Source of the DNA: Bacteroidota bacterium
GTDB taxonomy: Bacteria > Bacteroidota > Bacteroidia > Bacteroidales > JAHJDW01
Assembly (NCBI GenBank): GCA_018812245.1
Contig: JAHJDW010000155.1
Span: 2,458 to 66,457 of the forward strand
Reading direction: 5' to 3'
DNA length: 64,000 nucleotides
Shown: in pieces, positions 9,552 to 20,153 of the stretch
Numbering within the stretch: the stretch's first letter is position 1
Layout of the letters: the number at the start of each line of letters is the position of its first letter
Translations under genes and position numbers: made by a program
Notes under the pieces: generated by a model
Told to the model about the DNA's origin: nothing
The model's database searches: none
The model's input: the letters and a program-made list of their open reading frames with translations, nothing else

Positions 9552-10957
9552 TGTTTAGAATTTAATTTTTTCGAGGCAAATAGTAACATCCCTAAAGAAG
9601 CTGCAAACCACAATAAATACATTGCTATTACAGTGTTGTAATACTGTCCGAATAATTGAAGCCCTGGCAATTCATATTCAAACTTTGGAACTTTCTTCCA
9701 AAAATCTTTAGAACGAATAAAGCGTTGATTGGGTTCATAGGGAGATTTTATTAAATCATCATTTATTGTTTTGATGAATATTTTACGATATTCATCGGTT
9801 GCCTCAGTAAAATGAATATGTGTCCACAAATCCGTATTACACACTCCCATAGAAAGTTGCCTGACCAGAGTGAAAGGAGACACAATTCCGCTAATTTCAT
9901 GAGTCCGCATTTGTTTTTCGTACAACTTATATAAGTTGGCATAATGCTTATCAAAAATCAGATTATTAGTATCTTCTGCTGCCTGCAAAATATATCCGTT
10001 AAAATTAAATGGGAGTTTATGTAAACTGTCCACATTGTATTCTTTCAAAACACTGTTTGTAAAAGCGATAGTGTTCTTATGGGTTGTGTTGTGCCGTTGG
10101 ATCCCATTTTCTTCAATATCATCTCTTATTTGTCTTTTTAATTCAGATTCTAATGGCGAAGGATAAATATTTTGTACAATATTTGTTGTAATTTTCGGGA
10201 CAACCCAACTACTAAATATCCAAAATCCAATCAAAATAATTATTGAAACACTTGATTTGTTAATAAGCGTAGAAACTGTTACTCCGATATGAATAAAAAT
10301 CCCGGCATATAATAAGTACATCAGTAATAGCAAAAAGCTTTTATAGTTGAGAAAAGCCAATCCGCCTAATACTATTCCGGCAATCAGGAATACAGGAATA
10401 ATTAATAGTATTATAATTATCCATGCGGCCAATGTTTTTCCTGCCAGCAATTTTAACGAACTTACCCCCTGACTTCTGAGAAGGCGATACGTTCCTTGCT
10501 CTTTTTCCCGCGAGACCATATTAAATGTGATCAAAATAATAAGCAAGGGCAATAAATAAAGCATTATGTAGGATGGTGTAAATTCGCCCCATTTTGCAAG
10601 CATAGGACTATCCTGTACAGCCTTAAACATTGTATTGTTTCTTAGGTGAGGCTCAATAAAAATAGCAGCCCCAGAGTATCGGTCTATACCATTATCCCAT
10701 AAGGCCAGAGATGATTTCGGTTTTAAGAGATGAATTCCGTAATGAGCAGCGCTGTGTTGATTTTTATTTTCCTGATTATCCCATAATTCACGTGATTCTT
10801 CTTCAGACTTAGTATGCAAAGTACTAACATATTGATTATATGAATAACTAATTGCCAGAGATATAAATAAAAGAACGAATAATATCAATACGGATATCTT
10901 AAATACTCCATACCTGAATATTTCTTTCAACTCTTTTCTTGCTATGAGCCAAAGCAT
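9545..10957 (-). CDS. ABC-2 type permease, DUF3526 family
   Basis: IARKEL, NQHSAAHYG and SREKEQGTYRLL motifs. Confidence 0.85.
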   Translation of the reverse strand: MLWLIARKELKEIFRYGVFKISVLILFVLLFISLAISYSYNQYVSTLHTKSEEESRELWDNQENKNQHSAAHYGIHLLKPKSSLALWDNGIDRYSGAAIFIEPHLRNNTMFKAVQDSPMLAKWGEFTPSYIMLYLLPLLIILITFNMVSREKEQGTYRLLRSQGVSSLKLLAGKTLAAWIIIILLIIPVFLIAGIVLGGLAFLNYKSFLLLLMYLLYAGIFIHIGVTVSTLINKSSVSIIILIGFWIFSSWVVPKITTNIVQNIYPSPLESELKRQIRDDIEENGIQRHNTTHKNTIAFTNSVLKEYNVDSLHKLPFNFNGYILQAAEDTNNLIFDKHYANLYKLYEKQMRTHEISGIVSPFTLVRQLSMGVCNTDLWTHIHFTEATDEYRKIFIKTINDDLIKSPYEPNQRFIRSKDFWKKVPKFEYELPGLQLFGQYYNTVIAMYLLWFAASLGMLLFASKKLNSKQW

Positions 10958-10964
10958 AATTCTC

Positions 10965-11663
10965 TTATTTTATGTGATTAATGTATAAGCTTTCCAGTTC
11001 ACTATGGTTGATATTCTCAGATGGAAATGTATCAACAAGATAACCTTCTTTCATTATGCCGATATGAGTTCCTGTTTCTTTTGCCCTGAACAAATCATGA
11101 GTAGCCATCAGAACAGCAATCCCCTGGTGGCTTAATTTTATTAACAGCTCAGCAAACTCATTACCTGATTTAGGGTCAAGTCCCGATGTTGGTTCGTCAA
11201 GTAAAAGGACTTTGGCATCTTTTGCCAATGCAACAGCTATCCCAACTTTTTGTCTCATACCTTTTGAATATGTCGAAATCCGCTTGTTGATATAGCTTTC
11301 CTGCAATCCCGATTCTAATAAAAATTCATGAAGTTCATTTTGGCTGTATTTTTTCCTGGCCAATCCTGTAAAATATTCAAGATTTTCCAAACCTGTCAGA
11401 TAAGGATAAAGCATTAAATTCTCGGGAATATAAGCAAGATGTTTTTTTGTTTCCAAAGGATGTTTACTTACATCGAGTTGATTAATAAAAGCATTTCCTG
11501 AATCAGCCTTAATAAACCCCAAAAATAAATTTATTGTAGTAGTTTTTCCAGCACCATTTGCACCCAGTAAACAAAAAATCTGACCTTTTTCAATTTTTAA
11601 ATTTAGATTGTTTAAAACTGTCTTCCCATCAAATATTTTTGATAAATCTATTGCTTCTATCAT
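10965..11663 (-). CDS. ABC transporter ATP-binding protein
   Basis: Walker A GANGAGKT, signature YSKGMRQ, Walker B LLLDEP. Confidence 0.95.
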   Translation of the reverse strand: MIEAIDLSKIFDGKTVLNNLNLKIEKGQIFCLLGANGAGKTTTINLFLGFIKADSGNAFINQLDVSKHPLETKKHLAYIPENLMLYPYLTGLENLEYFTGLARKKYSQNELHEFLLESGLQESYINKRISTYSKGMRQKVGIAVALAKDAKVLLLDEPTSGLDPKSGNEFAELLIKLSHQGIAVLMATHDLFRAKETGTHIGIMKEGYLVDTFPSENINHSELESLYINHIK

Positions 11664-11665
11664 AT

Positions 11666-13969
11666 CTAATTCTTTTTATTTCCAATGAACTTATATGCTA
11701 TTCCAAAACCAAAAGTTCTTGGGGTTCCTGGTCTGTATTCCATATTGCCATAACTAACTGCTGCTGAAACAGCATACAGTTCATTTGTACAGTTCATGAT
11801 ATTAAACCAGGTCTCGAATCTTTTGAACTCATAACCGACTCTGATATTGAACACATCAAATCCTTCGTATACTCTCCTTGTTCCGGTTTCTTTAGGAGCT
11901 TCTGCAAAATACTCGCTTAAATGTTGCCACTCTATTCCAATTCTGCTGTTTTTCAAGAACCTGGGTCTGTAAGTAATTTCTGCATTGGCAATAAAACTTG
12001 GTGACATTTCCATTATCTCCCCACTATAATCATTTCCATTTAAAACATAGTCAATATACTTATGTTCAACATTTGTTGCTGCAATTCGTAACATTATATC
12101 CTTAACAGGAGAATACAGGATTGTATATTCTATACCACGATGTTGAGTTTTTCCGGCATTTTGGTTTTCATTTTCATCATAGTCATTTACAACTGATACA
12201 ATTTCATCTGTTCCATTCAAATGGAAAACTGCTATCTGAATTTTTAGTTTATTTTCTATACTAAACCAGCCACCTATTTCACCATTATTATATACAGCAG
12301 GTTTTAGGTCTTGATTTGCTTCGTTATTCCTGTATAGCTCATCGGTAGAAGGAGGTAAGAATCCTACAGAATAATTTGCATAAACACCTCTGTTTTTCTT
12401 AAGGTCATAAACCAATCCTATTTTGGGAATAAATTTATTCATAACATTTACACCGTCATATTTATGTGTTCCTATAGCCTGTTGATAGTCATAGTTAAAC
12501 TGATCGTATCTTGAAGTAGCAGCAATTTTCAACCTTTCTACAGGCGATATTTCAAATTGAGCATATGCAGCAGAGTTAATAAATGTAACATCATAATCTC
12601 TTAATAGAGAATCTGTTTCAGTAAATCCTGTTTTAACACCATCTTCGTTTACATCAACTTCAATATATTGTTTGTACTTATCGTTATAAGTATAATCAGC
12701 ACTTGCCCCTAATGTTAATTTAGCATTTAAAAAGCTAAACTTTTTCGTATGCTGAACAACTAATCCTATACTATTGAACTCATTGTTGTCAATTTCACTT
12801 TTCTCCTTCAAAGGATTGTTTGGATCAATTCTCTTTTGTGTATAATGAGGATTTTGGTCAACAGCATTTTGTCTGCAATATACTGTTAAATTTGTTTTGC
12901 TGTTTTCATTCCAGTAATGGCTCAATGTTGATTTTGCTCTTAAAGCATCAACTGTCCTATATGTAAATGTTTGCAAACTGGAATAATTATTCCCAAAGAA
13001 ATTTGCACTGTCCAAACCACCTGTCATATCGGTTTTATAATCAATATACGCAAGCGAAGCATTTAATTTGGTTTTGTCACTAATGTTATAATTTGCTTTA
13101 AACGATAAAGAGAGTTTATCAAAATCACTGTGATCTCTATAGCCATTTCGCCTGTTTGCATAATATCCTGATATATTTATTCCCAACTTCTTAAAGGTAT
13201 TTCCCGCACTAAAATCAGTTCTTTTATAACCTAAGTTGTTTCCCTGAACAGATACATTTAATGTCGGAACGAGAGGAGGTTGTTTTGTGATAAAATTTAC
13301 CGCTCCTCCAACTGCCTCGCTGCCATATATTGCTGATGACGGACCTCCGATTACTTCTATTGTTTTTATATCGGCCATATTAATTTCAATTAGTGCATTA
13401 TGATTAAATATGCCTGTTGGTCTTATTGGTATTCCGTCCTCAAGATACAGGAATACAGGATTACTATAATTATTGAATGGTTGACGCATTCCACCCATAG
13501 CATGTTGCTCGTTTCCTAAATCTATCATATAAACTCCGTTTACTTTATTCAGGAGTTCATCTATTCTTGTTGCTCTGGCTTCTTTTATTTCTTTTGGTGA
13601 AAGAGTGCTGATTGCAATAGGAGCATCAGTTCTTAATTCTTTATCCCGACTTGCCGAAACAATTACCTGATTAAGCTGAATTATTGAAGGATTCATCTGA
13701 ACAATCATGTTTTCCTTATATTTAACAGTCATTGTTTCATATCCGACATAAGAAATAGTTAAAGAATCAATTTCTTTATCAGGTAATAATATGAAAAGAC
13801 CATTCACATTTGTTATTGTTCCTTTGTTTGCTCCAGTAATAACCACACTTACACCCGGCAAAGGTTCTTTAGTTTGTGAATCAAGGATTTTTCCTGTAAT
13901 TTCATTTTGAGCAAATCCAAATTTTGTAATTAACAGAATTACTAAACTGATAATAGTTTTTGCTTTCAT
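11666..13969 (-). CDS. TonB-dependent receptor with N-terminal CarboxypepD_reg-like domain
   Basis: GKILDSQTKEPLPGVSV, plug motif IEVIGGPSSAIYGSEAVGGAVNFIT, C-terminal PRTFGFGIAYKF. Confidence 0.92.
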   Translation of the reverse strand: MKAKTIISLVILLITKFGFAQNEITGKILDSQTKEPLPGVSVVITGANKGTITNVNGLFILLPDKEIDSLTISYVGYETMTVKYKENMIVQMNPSIIQLNQVIVSASRDKELRTDAPIAISTLSPKEIKEARATRIDELLNKVNGVYMIDLGNEQHAMGGMRQPFNNYSNPVFLYLEDGIPIRPTGIFNHNALIEINMADIKTIEVIGGPSSAIYGSEAVGGAVNFITKQPPLVPTLNVSVQGNNLGYKRTDFSAGNTFKKLGINISGYYANRRNGYRDHSDFDKLSLSFKANYNISDKTKLNASLAYIDYKTDMTGGLDSANFFGNNYSSLQTFTYRTVDALRAKSTLSHYWNENSKTNLTVYCRQNAVDQNPHYTQKRIDPNNPLKEKSEIDNNEFNSIGLVVQHTKKFSFLNAKLTLGASADYTYNDKYKQYIEVDVNEDGVKTGFTETDSLLRDYDVTFINSAAYAQFEISPVERLKIAATSRYDQFNYDYQQAIGTHKYDGVNVMNKFIPKIGLVYDLKKNRGVYANYSVGFLPPSTDELYRNNEANQDLKPAVYNNGEIGGWFSIENKLKIQIAVFHLNGTDEIVSVVNDYDENENQNAGKTQHRGIEYTILYSPVKDIMLRIAATNVEHKYIDYVLNGNDYSGEIMEMSPSFIANAEITYRPRFLKNSRIGIEWQHLSEYFAEAPKETGTRRVYEGFDVFNIRVGYEFKRFETWFNIMNCTNELYAVSAAVSYGNMEYRPGTPRTFGFGIAYKFIGNKKN

Positions 13970-14056
13970 TATTTAAAACTTTAATACGTTAATAAATATC
14001 GTGTTACTTGCAAGAAAAAAAAAACGAAACGTGTCACCTTTTTAAAATTGGTGCTA

Positions 14057-14064
14057 CAAATGTA
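14057..14064 (-). promoter_or_regulatory. Bacteroidota sigma70 -7 element (TACATTTG) for the TBDR operon
   Basis: Matches TAnnTTTG. The same motif precedes many genes, e.g. ~26106 (-), 30245, 35916, 40846, 49190, 52593. Confidence 0.6.
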
Positions 14065-14277
14065 ATTTAAATTCTTAAAAAAAAAAGCTAAATCAATTTT
14101 CCTTCAAGTTTGCACTAATCTTTTTTTTCATTTTCAAGTGTACAATGGTTTTCCCGGCTAAATATCAACATGATCAAGCGGACCTTTAATCTTTTCGAAA
14201 CCACGCATCGTAATTTAGTTGAATTATCGGATGAAATGCATTTTTTAAAAATGTTTCACCACTCTGCGCCAATTCCC

Positions 14278-14318
14278 TGCCAATTTGTCACACATCACAC
14301 GCATGGTACGCCCTTTGA
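14278..14318 (+). promoter_or_regulatory. Putative sigma54-like -24/-12 promoter and TGACA-N3-TGGCA box upstream of htpG
   Basis: TGGTACG-CCCT-TTGA at 14304-14318 versus consensus TGGCACG-N4-TTGC; TGCCAATTTGTCA at 14278-14290. Confidence 0.5.
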
Positions 14319-14351
14319 CATGCCGCCGGCCAAACAAAAAAACATAAACCC

Positions 14352-16391
14352 ATGAAGACCGGATCAATTCACGTACAGACAGAAAACATCTTCCCGATTA
14401 TCAAAAAATTCCTTTACTCCAATAACGAAATCTTTCTCCGCGAGCTTGTTTCCAATGGTGTTGATGCCATCCAGAAGCTCAAAACCATTGCTTCGAGCGG
14501 CGAACTGAAAGACGACCTTGATGAATTAATGGTAGAAGTGAAAGTTGACAAAGCTGCCAAAACCATTACGGTGAGCGACAACGGTATCGGGATGACCGCC
14601 GATGAAGTAGAAAAGTATATCGGGCAAATCGCTTTCTCCAGCGCTGAGGAGTTTGTGAACAAATATAAAGACAAAACTGAAGCCATTATTGGTCACTTCG
14701 GTCTCGGATTCTACTCGGCGTATATGGTTGCCGAAAAAGTTGAAGTAATCACCAAAACCTGGAAGAAAGGTCCCGGCTCAAAAGCCATCAAATGGAGTTG
14801 CGACGGCAGCCCCAGCTACCAGATCGAAGATGCTGACCGCAAACAGAGGGGTACCGACATTATTCTCCACATTGCTGACGACTCCGTTGAATTTCTGGAA
14901 GAAACCAGAATCAGTGAAATACTCAACAAATACGCTCGTTTCATGCCAGTTTTGATCAAAATGGGTGAAGAAGACGTGTATGACGAAGAGGGCAAAAAAA
15001 CCGGCGAAAAGAAAGCACGCATCATCAATAACCCAAGTCCCGCATGGACAAAAAAACCCGTTGACCTGAAAGATGAGGACTATCTGAGCTTCTACCGCGA
15101 ATTATATCCGCTGACTTACGAAGATCCGCTGTTCTGGATACATATCAACGTTGATTACCCCTTCAAACTTACGGGTATCCTCTACTTCCCGAAAATCAAA
15201 GATACGCTTGAAGTGCAGCGAAATAAGATTCAGCTCTACTGCAACCAGGTTTTTGTGACCGACAGCGTAGAAAATATCGTTCCTGACTTTTTGACACTTT
15301 TGCATGGTGTACTTGATTCGCCTGATATTCCGCTGAATGTTAGTCGCAGCTACCTGCAAACCGATAGCAATGTGAAGAAAATTTCAAGTCACATTATGAA
15401 AAAAGTGGCTGATAAGCTTGAAGAGATGTTCAAAAACGACCGTGAGGAATTTGAGAAGAAATGGGATGACCTGAAGATATTCATTCAATACGGCATGATC
15501 ACTGAGGAGAAATTCTACGAAAGGGCCGAAAAATTCGCACTGTATAAGAATGAAGCAGCGAAATATTTCACTTTCGATGATTACGAAAAACACATTGAGA
15601 TTCTTCAGAAAGACAAAGACAACAAACTGACTCATCTGTATGCAACCAATCTGGAAGAGCAGTACACATATATTGAAGCTGCAAAAAACCGCAACTACGA
15701 TGTGCTTGTGATGGATGGTCGCCTCGACAACCATTTCATCAACCATTTGGAAAGCAAGCGCAAAGACGTTAGGTTTGCCAGAGTTGACAGCAACACGGTT
15801 GACAAGCTGATTGAGAAGGATGAAAAAATCCCGGTTTTGCTTACTGAAGAGGATCAGCAGGATTTGCGTCCGGTGTTTTCAGCAGGAATTGATAAGAACT
15901 ACGCCGTTGTTTTTGAGCCGATGAGCGAAACCGACAATCCGGTAGTGATTACGCGTCCCGAATTTATGCGTCGCATGAACGACATGCAGAAAATCAGCGG
16001 CGGGGGAAGTTTTGCAGGGTTTCCGGAAATGATGAACCTCGTGGTCAATGCGAATCACCCCTTGGTGAAAAAGATTGCCGACGAAAAGAATTCAGAAGCC
16101 GGCAGCGATCTAAAACCGTTGAAGCAAGAGATCAGTTCGCTTGAAGGCAAGCTCAACGACATGCAGAAAGACGAAGAAGCGCGCAAGGCCAATAAAGATG
16201 AAATCGGGAAAACCCGCGAAGAGATTGAGTCGCTGAAAGGAAAGAAGGATGAGATTCTGAAAGGTTTTGCGAAAAAGCATGAAGAGATCAGCCAGATGAC
16301 CGACCTTGCATTGCTTTCGCAGAATCTGCTGACTGGCGAAAGCCTGAGCAGCTTCATTAAGCGGAGTTTCAAAATGCTGGGCGAAGAATAA
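14352..16391 (+). CDS. htpG: Molecular chaperone HtpG (Hsp90)
   Basis: EIFLRELVSNGVDA, DNGIGM, IGHFGLGFYS, DIPLNVSRS. Confidence 0.97.
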   Translation: MKTGSIHVQTENIFPIIKKFLYSNNEIFLRELVSNGVDAIQKLKTIASSGELKDDLDELMVEVKVDKAAKTITVSDNGIGMTADEVEKYIGQIAFSSAEEFVNKYKDKTEAIIGHFGLGFYSAYMVAEKVEVITKTWKKGPGSKAIKWSCDGSPSYQIEDADRKQRGTDIILHIADDSVEFLEETRISEILNKYARFMPVLIKMGEEDVYDEEGKKTGEKKARIINNPSPAWTKKPVDLKDEDYLSFYRELYPLTYEDPLFWIHINVDYPFKLTGILYFPKIKDTLEVQRNKIQLYCNQVFVTDSVENIVPDFLTLLHGVLDSPDIPLNVSRSYLQTDSNVKKISSHIMKKVADKLEEMFKNDREEFEKKWDDLKIFIQYGMITEEKFYERAEKFALYKNEAAKYFTFDDYEKHIEILQKDKDNKLTHLYATNLEEQYTYIEAAKNRNYDVLVMDGRLDNHFINHLESKRKDVRFARVDSNTVDKLIEKDEKIPVLLTEEDQQDLRPVFSAGIDKNYAVVFEPMSETDNPVVITRPEFMRRMNDMQKISGGGSFAGFPEMMNLVVNANHPLVKKIADEKNSEAGSDLKPLKQEISSLEGKLNDMQKDEEARKANKDEIGKTREEIESLKGKKDEILKGFAKKHEEISQMTDLALLSQNLLTGESLSSFIKRSFKMLGEE

Positions 16392-16457
16392 TTTGTGTGA
16401 AGGGCTGGAAGTTCGCGATTAAATTGTATTTTTGATTGAAATAAACAATCACACATT

Positions 16458-17069
16458 ATGGCAAAATCGTCGTCAAGCGGCTGTTTGAAATGGGTTCCGC
16501 TGTTAGTAATAGTAGGTATTCTTATTATCCTCTCAATTTGGGTAATGAACATGTTCAACAAAATGGTTTCTCACGAGGAAACTGTGAATGAATCCTGGGC
16601 ACAGGTCGAAAACGTATATCAGCGCAGGAGCGATCTGATTCCGAATCTCGTTGCTACTGTAAAAGGATATGCTGCGCATGAAAAAGAAACGCTGGAAGGT
16701 GTAATCAAAGCCAGAGCTGAAGCAACAAGCGTGAAAATTGACCCCTCCAATCTGAATGCGGAATCGCTGCAAAAATTTCAGGCAGCGCAGGATGGACTAA
16801 GCTCTTCACTGTCGAAGCTTATGGTTGTGGTTGAAAGATATCCGGATTTGAAGGCCAACACCAATTTTCTTGAACTTCAAGGACAGCTTGAAGAGACCGA
16901 AAACCTGATTGCTGTTGAACGAAAAAGATTCAACGAAACTGCCCGCGAATACAACACTTACATCCGGAAGTTTCCGAAAAACATTGTTGCCGGGCTGTTT
17001 GGCTTCGACAAGAAAGCGTATTTCGAGGCTGCTGAAGGCGCCGACAAAGTACCGGAAGTGAAGTTTTAA
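16458..17069 (+). CDS. lemA: LemA family protein
   Basis: WAQVENVYQRRSDLIPNLV, VERYPDLKAN. Confidence 0.95.
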   Translation: MAKSSSSGCLKWVPLLVIVGILIILSIWVMNMFNKMVSHEETVNESWAQVENVYQRRSDLIPNLVATVKGYAAHEKETLEGVIKARAEATSVKIDPSNLNAESLQKFQAAQDGLSSSLSKLMVVVERYPDLKANTNFLELQGQLEETENLIAVERKRFNETAREYNTYIRKFPKNIVAGLFGFDKKAYFEAAEGADKVPEVKF

Positions 17070-17072
17070 CTG

Positions 17073-17984
17073 ATGAAAAAACTATTCATCCTACTTACTG
17101 CTCTGCTTTTTTCGTCGGTTCTGTTTGCTCAGAATGCGGTTGAATTGTATGTTCAGGCTGTTCAGAAGATTAACTCCGGAGAAAACAAAGAAGCCATTGC
17201 GCTGCTGAATAAATCGATCAAAGCAGACCCATCATTTGGCGAAGCCTATATCAAAAGAGCTTACCTTTTTTATATCACCGGTAACATGAAGAAGGCGATA
17301 GCCGACTACACAAAAGTGCTGGATATCGACAGCTCAAATCATGAGGCCCTGCTGAACCGAGGTGCTGTATATTTCAATACCAACAGAACTTCTGAAGCAG
17401 AGAATGATTATTTGTTGGCAATAAAGATCAAACCCAACTACACGATCGCGTATTTGAACATGGGTGTTTTGAAAGAGAAACAAGACCAACACGAGTTGGC
17501 ATTCAATTATTACAGAAACGTACTTGGATTAGATCCCTACTATACACTTGCATACTTTAACGCTGGCAATTGTCTTGCCAGACTAAACAAACACGACCTC
17601 GCTATTGATTATTATGCAATGGCGATACAACTGGAGCCTGGAATGGAGCAGGCATATCTCAGGCGTTCAGAATCATTTCAAGCCATCGGTAAGAAAAAGG
17701 AAGCGATAGTTGATCTGGACGAAGCTTTACGACTGGACACTGCGAATGCAGAGCTATTTTTCCGGAAGGGGCTTATATACCTTGATCTTGGCGCAAACAC
17801 GGAAGCACTTGAGGAATTTACTAAAGCAATTGATATTAATCCAAAATACGCTTCGGCTTTTTACGGAAAGGGAATGGCATATATCAACTCAGGGAAAAAA
17901 ACTGATGCCTGCATTTATCTCGAAAAAGCGGCTGCGCTTGGTAGTACTGAGGCAAAAAAAGTGATGGCTGAAACCTGCAAGTAA
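17073..17984 (+). CDS. Secreted tetratricopeptide repeat protein
   Basis: Signal peptide followed by ~8 TPR units. Confidence 0.9.
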   Translation: MKKLFILLTALLFSSVLFAQNAVELYVQAVQKINSGENKEAIALLNKSIKADPSFGEAYIKRAYLFYITGNMKKAIADYTKVLDIDSSNHEALLNRGAVYFNTNRTSEAENDYLLAIKIKPNYTIAYLNMGVLKEKQDQHELAFNYYRNVLGLDPYYTLAYFNAGNCLARLNKHDLAIDYYAMAIQLEPGMEQAYLRRSESFQAIGKKKEAIVDLDEALRLDTANAELFFRKGLIYLDLGANTEALEEFTKAIDINPKYASAFYGKGMAYINSGKKTDACIYLEKAAALGSTEAKKVMAETCK

Positions 17985-18016
17985 TCTCTGTTGTTGTTTG
18001 CAAAAATTGCGACGAC

Positions 18017-18769
18017 GTGAAAAAAAATGAAAATCCGGGTCTGATACAAGAGAAAAAGAAATTGCTATACTCGGCAATCCCGTCGTTATTGTTTGTTTTC
18101 GTGCTATGGGTGATTTTTTTCTGCGATGAGGCATTTGATCTGGGATTAAAAAATTATGGGTTGAAGCCAAAAACGGAGGAAGGGCTGATTGGAATATTCA
18201 CTTCTCCTTTTTTGCATGGCGACCTGCAACATATTTTCTCGAACAGCATACCAATTCTGATTTTAGGTACTGCCCTCAATTATTTTTATCATCGCATTGC
18301 ATATATTGTTTTTTTTCTGATCTGGATGATGTCAAATACCTGGGTTTGGATATCGGCCAGTGCGGGAAACCATATTGGCGCCAGTGGAATCATATATGGG
18401 CTGGCTGCATTTATTTTCCTATCAGGCATTTTGCGTAATGACGGGCGGCTGATGGCAATTTCTTTTTTGGTTGCGTTTATGTATGGCGGATTGATCTGGG
18501 GAATTTTTCCGGAGCTGTTTCCTGAGCAGAATATCAGTTGGGAATCGCATCTGTTTGGCGGCGTTGCGGGCATTGTGATGGCAATTTTTTTCAGAGAAAA
18601 GGGACCTCCTAAGAAGAAGTATTCGTGGGATTTTGAAGAAGAGGAAGATGACAGGGACGATATTTCGACACAGATTCCGGAAGAAGATATTAACCGGAAT
18701 GTGAATATTCAGTATATTTACAGGGACAAAAATTCGGAATCAAACAACGACGGAGAGGTTAATACATGA
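18017..18769 (+). CDS. Rhomboid family intramembrane serine protease
   Basis: FLHGD..HIFSN, catalytic GASG, ESHLFG. Confidence 0.92.
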   Translation: MKKNENPGLIQEKKKLLYSAIPSLLFVFVLWVIFFCDEAFDLGLKNYGLKPKTEEGLIGIFTSPFLHGDLQHIFSNSIPILILGTALNYFYHRIAYIVFFLIWMMSNTWVWISASAGNHIGASGIIYGLAAFIFLSGILRNDGRLMAISFLVAFMYGGLIWGIFPELFPEQNISWESHLFGGVAGIVMAIFFREKGPPKKKYSWDFEEEEDDRDDISTQIPEEDINRNVNIQYIYRDKNSESNNDGEVNT

Positions 18770-20142
18770 AGATTCTCAGGTTTTTAGGTGCTTTGATGTG
18801 GCTTGCATGCCTCCCGGCAATGGCGCAGGACGAGCCTGACCTGAACCTATCGCTGATTATGGCTGCCGACAGCGGCAACACTCAGCGGGTTACTGATCTG
18901 ATTATGAAGGGCGCCGACGTAAACACATTTACGGAAGCAGGCGTTACTCCTCTGATGTACGCATGTCAGAACAACAATCAGGAGGTAGCTGAAATTCTAC
19001 TGAGGTATGGAGCAAAAACGGATGTCAGACCCGCCTGGGGACTCACAGCGTTGATGGCGGCGTGTTCATCAAATCATGACACTATCGCTGAACTATTGCT
19101 CAATTACGGCGCCAGTCCCGATTTTGCTGACAACGACAGCGTAACACCGTTGATGGTTGCGGCTTCGGCAGGAAATTACATTCCTTGCGACATGCTGATT
19201 TTCTTTAAGGCTGACGTGAACGCAAGATCAACGGAGGGGCTATCAGCACTACACGGAGCCGCATTATATGGTCAACGCTACATTGTGGACTTGCTGATTA
19301 CCAAAGGTGCCGATGTTAATGCAATATCACGCAACGGCACTTCTGTGTTGATGGGAGCTGTAGCGGGAGGCGATGTTGACATGACCGAATTTTTATTGAA
19401 AAGCGGTGCAAATATCAATTACATCAGCAAATCGGGTGAATCGGCACTGACATGGGCAATTTTGTTCGAAAATGAGAAAATGGTCGATCTGTTGCTGGCA
19501 CACGGAGCAAATACTGATTCCGTAGAGTACGGGCAGGACTCTCCTGCCAGAATTGTTATGGCAAAAGAAAACCCACAGCTTAAGGAATCGTTTCGTAATG
19601 CCGGAAAAACATTTCCTGGTGCATTTCTTTTTTCAGGAACGGAAATCTGTTTGAACGAACTCTCATTCAACGCGGGAGATTTCAACCTGGGTGGACACTT
19701 TGGCATAACCGAAAAGCGGAATCATTTGGATATTGGCATTGGATATCAGGTAAGGGTTGCAGCAAGGCGCATCATGGTCGAATTTGCCCCCGACAGCTAC
19801 TACCAACTGTGGGCACGCAGGGGATCATGGTATGTATATGCAGGGAAGCACTTTATTTTAAAGCCCGGAAAAACCACGAAATCGTTATTTGTACGTGCAG
19901 ATGGTGTTTTGACATTTGGTTCTTTCAGAGCAATGCAACTGAAGCCCACAACCCTTTTCATTCCGGCAGGGTTTGCCGGGCTGGCGTTAACCGGCAAGTT
20001 CGTTGCGCTAAAAGCGGGCTACAGATACTTCAATACCAACGAAATGCATGTTTCGCCGCACAGGTTCGAAATAAGTTTGTCGATGGTAATTCATAAGAAT
20101 AACAAGTATTTCAGGCAACCGGATATATATTGGTTTCAGTAG
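18766..20142 (+). CDS. Ankyrin-repeat protein with C-terminal beta-barrel-like region
   Basis: Signal peptide, ~7 TPLM/ALH ankyrin repeats, alternating beta-strand C-terminus. Confidence 0.85.
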   Translation: MKILRFLGALMWLACLPAMAQDEPDLNLSLIMAADSGNTQRVTDLIMKGADVNTFTEAGVTPLMYACQNNNQEVAEILLRYGAKTDVRPAWGLTALMAACSSNHDTIAELLLNYGASPDFADNDSVTPLMVAASAGNYIPCDMLIFFKADVNARSTEGLSALHGAALYGQRYIVDLLITKGADVNAISRNGTSVLMGAVAGGDVDMTEFLLKSGANINYISKSGESALTWAILFENEKMVDLLLAHGANTDSVEYGQDSPARIVMAKENPQLKESFRNAGKTFPGAFLFSGTEICLNELSFNAGDFNLGGHFGITEKRNHLDIGIGYQVRVAARRIMVEFAPDSYYQLWARRGSWYVYAGKHFILKPGKTTKSLFVRADGVLTFGSFRAMQLKPTTLFIPAGFAGLALTGKFVALKAGYRYFNTNEMHVSPHRFEISLSMVIHKNNKYFRQPDIYWFQ

Positions 20143-20153
20143 TTTTTTGAAAA

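Noticed and set aside
13970-14120. Cobalamin or other riboswitch ahead of the TonB receptor
   Set aside because: The leader between the -7 motif and ATG is only ~85 nt and has no B12-box
16070-16290. Coiled-coil insertion in the HtpG C-terminus
   Set aside because: As I recall this is common in Bacteroidales HtpG, so not distinctive
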